Source: Eledone cirrhosa
Lineage: Eukaryota
NCBI GenBank assembly: GCA_964016885.1
Contig: OZ024754.1
Location: 20,088,001 to 20,152,000, forward strand
Direction of reading: 5' to 3'
Length of the DNA: 64,000 bases
The notes under the pieces are model-generated. The model made no database searches, was not told the DNA's origin, and worked only from the letters and a program-made list of their open reading frames with translations. The translations under genes and the position numbers were made by a program. Below, piece after piece: positions 57,501-64,000 of this stretch (positions within the stretch are counted from its first letter, which is position 1; each line of letters starts with the position of its first letter).

Positions 57501-58619
57501 AGTCACAGATCAGGTCACTTGCCAGACACGTACCACTGTGGCTAAAATGACTCTTCCATGATATAGTTACTTTAGTTTCAACACAGTCACAGATCAAGTC
57601 ACTTGCCAGACATGTACAACTGTGGCTAAAATGACTCTTCCATGATATAGTTACTTTAGTTTCAACACAGTCTCAGTACAAGTCACTTGCCAGACATGTA
57701 CAACTGTGGCTAAAATGACACTTCCATAATATAGTTACTTTAGTTTCAACACAGTCGCAGATCAACTCACTTGCCAGACATGTACAACTGTGGCTAAAAT
57801 CGCTCTTCCATGATACAGTTATTTAGTTTCAACACAATCTCAGATCAAGTCACTTGCCAGACATGTACGACTGTGGCTAAAATGACTCTTCCTTGGTATA
57901 GTTACTTTAGTTTCAACACAATCTCAGATCAAGTTACTTGCCAGACATGTACAACTGTGGCTAAAATGACTCTTCCATGATATAGTTACTTTAGTTTCAA
58001 CACAATCTCAGATCCTGTCACTTGCGAGACATGTACAACTGTGGCTAAAATGACTCTTCCATGATATAGTTACTTTAGTTTTCAAACAGTCTCAGATCAA
58101 GTCACTTGCTAGACATGTATAACTGTGGCTAAAATGACTCTTCCAGGACATAGTTACTTTAGTTTAAACATAGTCACAGATCATGTCACTTGCCAGACAT
58201 GTACAACTGTGGCTAAAATGACTCTTCCATGACATAGTTACTTTAGTTTCAACACAGTTTCAGATCAGGTCACTTGCCAGACACGTACGAATGTGGCTAA
58301 AATGACTCTTCCATGATATAGTTACTTTAGTTTCAACACAGTTTCAGAACAGGTCACTTGCCGGACACGTACCACTGTGGCTAAAATGACTCTTCCATGA
58401 TATAGTTACTTTAGTTTCAACACAGTTTCAGATCAGGTCACTTGCCAGACACGTACCACTGTGGCTAAAATGACTCTTCCATGATATAGTTACTTTAGTT
58501 TCAACACAGTCACAGATCAAGTCACTTGCCAGACATGTACAACTGTGGCTAAAATGACTCTTCCATGATATAGTTACTTTAGTTTCAACACAATCTCAGA
58601 TCCTGTCATTTGCGAGACA

Positions 58620-61600
58620 TGTACAACTGTGGCTAAAATGACTCTTCCATGATATAGTTACTTTAGTTTCAACACGGTCTTAGATCAAGTCACTTGCCAG
58701 ACTGTGGCTAAAATGACGCTTCTATGATATAGTTACTTTAGTTTTCAAACAGTCTTAGATCAAGTCACTTGCTAGACATGTATAACTGTAGCTAAAATTA
58801 CTCTTCCATGATATAGTTACTTTAGTTTCAACACAGTCCCAGTTCAAGTCACTTGCCAGACATGTACATCTGTGGCTAAAATGACTCTTCCATGATATAG
58901 TTACTTTAGTTTCAACACAGTTTCACACCAAGTCACTTGCCAGACATGTACAACTGTGGCTAAAATGACTCTTCCATGATATAGTTACTTTAGTTTCAAC
59001 ACAGTCTCAGATCAACTCACTTGCCAGACATGTACAACTGTGGCTAAAATCGCTCTTCCATGATACAGTTACTTTAGTTTCAACACAATCTCAGATCAAG
59101 TCACTTGCTAGACATGTATAACTGTGGCTAAAATTACTCTTCCAGGACATAGTTACTTTAGTTTAAACATAGTCACAGATCAGGTCACTTGCCAGACATG
59201 TACAACTGTGGCTGAAATGACTCTTCCATGACATAGTTACTTTAGTTTTAACACAGTTTCAGATCAGGTCACTTGCCAGACACGTACGAATGTGGCTAAA
59301 ATGACTCTTCCATGATATAGTTACTTTAGTTTCAACACAGTCACAGATCAAGTCACTTGCCAGACATGTACAACTGTGGCTAAAATGACTCTTCCATGAT
59401 ATAGTTACTTTAGTTTCAACACAATTTCAGATCAAGTTATTTGCCAGACATGTACAACTGTGGCTAAAATGACTCTTCCATGATATAGTTACTTTAGTTT
59501 CAACACAGTTTCAGATCAGGTCACTTGCCAGACACGTACCACTGTGGCTAAAATGACTCTTCCATGATATAGTTACTTTAGTTTCAACACAGTTTCACGT
59601 CAAGTCACTTGCCAGACATGTACATCTGTGGCTAAAATGACACTTCCATGATATAGTTACTTTAGTTTCAACACGGTCTTAGATCAAGTCACTTGCCAGA
59701 CTGTGGCTAAAATGACTCTTCCATGATATAGTTACTTTAGTTTTCAAACAGTCTCAGATCAAGTCACTTGCTAGACATGTATAACTGTGGCTAAAATGAC
59801 TCTTCCATGATATAGTTACTTTAGTTTCAACACAATCTCAGATCAAGTCACTTGCCAGACATGTACAACTGTGGCTAAAATGACTCTTCCTTGGTATAGT
59901 TACTTTAGTTTCAACACAATCTCAGATCAAGTTACTTGCCAGATATGTACAACTGTGGCTAAAATGAATCTTCCATGACATAGTTACTTTAGTTTCAACA
60001 CAGTTTCAGATCAGGTCACTTGCCAGACACGTACCACTTTGGCTAAAATGACTCTTCCATGATATAGTTACTTTAGTTTCAACACAGTCACAGATCAAGT
60101 CACTTGCCAGACATGTACAACTGTGGCTAAAATGACTCTTCCATGATATAGTTACTTTAGTTTCAACACAATCTCAGATCCTGTCATTTGCGAGACATGT
60201 ACAACTGTGGCTAAAATGACTCTTCCATGATATAGTTACATTAGTTTCAACACGGTCTTAGATCAAGTCACTTGCCAGACTGTGGCTAAAATGAATCTTC
60301 CATGATATAGTTACTTTAGTTTTCAAACAGTCTCAGATCAAGTCACTTGCTAGACATGTATAACTGTGGCTAAAATTATTCTCCCATGATATAGTTACTT
60401 TAGTTTCAACACAGTCTCAGTTCAAGTCACTTGCCAGACATGTACAATTGTGGCTAAAATGACACTTCCATGATATAGTTACTTTGGTTTCAACACATTC
60501 TCAGATCAGCTCACTTGCCAGACATGTACAACTTTGGCTAAAATCGCTCTTCCATGATACAGTTACTTTAGTTTCAACACAATCTCAGATCAAGTCACTT
60601 GCCAGACATGTACAACTGTGGATAAAATGACTCTTCCTTGGTATAGTTACTTTAGTTTCAACACAATCTCAGAACAAGTTACTTGCCAGATATGTACAAC
60701 TGTGGCTAAAATGACTCTTCCATGATATAGTTACTTTAGTTTCAACACAATCTCAGATCAAGTCACTTGCCAGACATGTACAACTCTGACTAAAATGACT
60801 CTTCCATGATATAGTTACTTTTGTTTCAACACATTCTCAGATCAAGTCACTTGCCAGACATGTACAACTGTGGCTAAAATGACTCTTTCTTGGTATAGTT
60901 ACTTTAGTTTCAACACAATCTCAGATCAAGTTACTTGCCAGACATGTACAACTGTGGCTAAAATGACTCTTCCATGATATAGTTACTTTAGTTTCAACAC
61001 GGTCTTAGATCAAGTCACTTGCCAGACTGTGGCTAAAATGACGCTTCTATGATATAGTTACTTTAGTTTTCAAACAGTCTTAGATCAAGTCACTTGCTAG
61101 ACATGTATAACTGTAGCTAAAATTACTCTTCCATGATATAGTTACTTTAGTTTCAACACAGTCCCAGTTCAAGTCACTTGCCAGACATGTACATCTGTGG
61201 CTAAAATGACTCTTCCATGATATAGTTACTTTAGTTTCAACACAGTTTCACATCAAGTCACTTGCCAGACATGTACAACTGTGGCTAAAATGACTCTTCC
61301 ATGATATAGTTACTTTAGTTTCAACACAGTCTCAGATCAACTCACTTGCCAGACATGTACAACTGTGGCTAAAATCGCTCTTCCATGATACAGTTACTTT
61401 AGTTTCAACACAATCTCAGATCAAGTCACTTGCTAGACATGTATAACTGTGGCTAAAATTACTCTTCCAGGACATAGTTACTTTAGTTTAAACATAGTCA
61501 CAGATCAGGTCACTTGCCAGACATGTACAACTGTGGCTGAAATGACTCTTCCATGACATAGTTACTTTAGTTTTAACACAGTTTCAGATCAGGTCACTTG

Positions 61601-63320
61601 CCAGACACGTACGAATGTGGCTAAAATGACTCTTCCATGATATAGTTACTTTAGTTTCAACACAGTCACAGATCAAGTCACTTGCCAGACATGTACAACT
61701 GTGGCTAAAATGACTCTTCCATGATATAGTTACTTTAGTTTCAACACAATTTCAGATCAAGTTACTTGCCAGACATGTACAACTGTGGCTAAAATGACTC
61801 TTCCATGATATAGTTACTTTAGTTTCAACACAGTTTCAGATCAGGTCACTTGCCAGACACGTACCACTGTGGCTAAAATGACTCTTCCATGATATAGTTA
61901 CTTTAGTTTCAACACAGTTTCACGTCAAGTCACTTGCCAGACATGTACATCTGTGGCTAAAATGACACTTCCATGATATAGTTACTTTAGTTTCAACACG
62001 GTCTTAGATCAAGTCACTTGCCAGACTGTGGCTAAAATGACTCTTCCATGATATAGTTACTTTAGTTTTCAAACAGTCTCAGATCAAGTCACTTGCTAGA
62101 CATGTATAACTGTGGCTAAAATGACTCTTCCATGATATAGTTACTTTAGTTTCAACACAATCTCAGATCAAGTCACTTGCCAGACATGTACAACTGTGGC
62201 TAAAATGACTCTTCCTTGGTATAGTTACTTTAGTTTCAACACAATCTCAGATCAAGTTACTTGCCAGATATGTACAACTGTGGCTAAAATGAATCTTCCA
62301 TGACATAGTTACTTTAGTTTCAACACAGTTTCAGATCAGGTCACTTGCCAGACACGTACCACTTTGGCTAAAATGACTCTTCCATGATATAGTTACTTTA
62401 GTTTCAACACAGTCACAGATCAAGTCACTTGCCAGACATGTACAACTGTGGCTAAAATGACTCTTCCATGATATAGTTACTTTAGTTTCAACACAATCTC
62501 AGATCCTGTCATTTGCGAGACATGTACAACTGTGGCTAAAATGACTCTTCCATGATATAGTTACATTAGTTTCAACACGGTCTTAGATCAAGTCACTTGC
62601 CAGACTGTGGCTAAAATGAATCTTCCATGATATAGTTACTTTAGTTTTCAAACAGTCTCAGATCAAGTCACTTGCTAGACATGTATAACTGTGGCTAAAA
62701 TTATTCTCCCATGATATAGTTACTTTAGTTTCAACACAGTCTCAGTTCAAGTCACTTGCCAGACATGTACAATTGTGGCTAAAATGACACTTCCATGATA
62801 TAGTTACTTTGGTTTCAACACATTCTCAGATCAACTCACTTGCCAGACATGTACAACTTTGGCTAAAATCGCTCTTCCATGATACAGTTACTTTAGTTTC
62901 AACACAATCTCAGATCAAGTCACTTGCCAGACATGTACAACTGTGGATAAAATGACTCTTCCTTGGTATAGTTACTTTAGTTTCAACACAATCTCAGAAC
63001 AAGTTACTTGCCAGATATGTACAACTGTGGCTAAAATGACTCTTCCATGATATAGTTACTTTAGTTTCAACACAATCTCAGATCAAGTCACTTGCCAGAC
63101 ATGTACAACTCTGACTAAAATGACTCTTCCATGATATAGTTACTTTTGTTTCAACACATTCTCAGATCAAGTCACTTGCCAGACATGTACAACTGTGGCT
63201 AAAATGACTCTTTCTTGGTATAGTTACTTTAGTTTCAACACAATCTCAGATCAAGTTACTTGCCAGACATGTACAACTGTGGCTAAAATGACTCTTCCAT
63301 GATATAGTTACTTTAGTTTC
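58620..63320 (+). repeat. 2325-bp (28-monomer: 25x84 + 3x75) tandem duplication, near-identical
   Basis: CTGTAGCT (A at 58790/61115), CACGTCAAG 59596/61921, ATGACTCTTTCTTGG 60879/63204 and monomer starts 58638/60963, all at +2325. Confidence 0.94.
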
Positions 63321-64000
63321 AACACAGTTTCAGATCAGGTCACTTGCCAGACACGTACCACTGTGGCTAAAATGACTCTTCCATGATATAGTTACTTTAG
63401 TTTCAACACAGTTTCACGTCAAGTCACTTACGAGACATGTACATCTGTGGCTAAAATGACACTTCCATGATATAGTTACTTTAGTTTCAACACGGTCTTA
63501 GATCAAGTCACTTGCCAGACTGTGGCTAAAATGACTCTTCCATGATATAGTTACTTTAGTTTTCAAACAGTCTCAGATAAAGTCACTTGCTAGACATGTA
63601 TAACTGTGGCTAAAATGACTCTTCCATGATATAGTTACTTTAGTTTCAACACAATCTCAGATCAAGTCACTTGCCAGACATGTACAACTGTGGCTAAAAT
63701 GACTCTTCCTTGGTATAGTTACTTTAGTTTCAACACAATCTCAGATCAAGTTACTTGCCAGATATGTACAACTGTGGCTAAAATGAATCTTCCATGACAT
63801 TATTACTTTAGTTTCAACACAGTTTCAGATCAGGTCACTTGCCAGACACGTACCACTTTGGCTAAAATGACTCTTCCATGATATAGTTACTTTAGTCTCA
63901 ACACAGTTTCACATCAAGTCACTTGCCAGACATGTACAACTGTGGCTAAAATGACTCTTCCATGATATAGTTACTTTAGTTTTCAAACAGTCTCAGATCA

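Larger units (their letters stand above)
1..64000 (+). repeat. Tandem satellite DNA array, 84-bp monomer (about 770 copies, including about 70 copies of a 75-bp deletion variant); runs off both ends of the window
   Basis: Monomer starts ATGACTCTTCC at 1, 85, 169, 244, 328 and so on to 63951, with 84-bp or 75-bp spacing. Each copy differs from consensus by only a few bases. No inversion or non-repeat insert was seen on reading through. Confidence 0.99.

Noticed and set aside
1-64000. CRISPR-like repeat/spacer array
   Set aside because: The variable part of each unit is a near-identical homolog differing by a few bases, not a unique spacer. No cas genes or leader are present.
1-64000. Intact PRDM9-like or KRAB zinc-finger array
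   Set aside because: The 84-bp length matches, but no frame has C-x2-C-x12-H-x3-H or a TGEKP linker, and stops recur in nearly every unit.
1-64000. Embedded transposon, inversion, telomeric tract or CENP-B box
   Set aside because: None was seen on reading through. Monomer phase is continuous, and I saw no reverse-complement monomer or canonical TTCG-N4-A-N2-CGGG motif.

Overview
The whole 64-kb window is one uninterrupted, head-to-tail tandem satellite array in a single orientation. I see no unique sequence, gene, RNA gene, transposon or CRISPR array. The basic monomer is 84 bp (consensus ATGACTCTTCCATGATATAGTTACTTTAGTTTCAACACAGTCTCAGATCAAGTCACTTGCCAGACATGTACAACTGTGGCTAAA, about 38% GC, no CpG). 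There are about 770 copies by hand estimate, of which roughly 70 are a 75-bp variant carrying one 9-bp deletion. Diagnostic monomer variants show a layered higher-order organisation: a conserved 3-monomer module across the window, a local 10/20-mer higher-order repeat at 28-35 kb, and nested tandem duplications of 1008, 1251, 2325, about 2409-2493, 2820, 2996, 3426, about 4240-4830 and 4491 bp. This looks like a eukaryotic (peri)centromeric or heterochromatic satellite, but the organism and family cannot be identified from the sequence alone. The listed ORFs are best explained as chance read-through of a repeat whose length is a multiple of 3. All periods were measured by hand from marker variants, so block boundaries are approximate.
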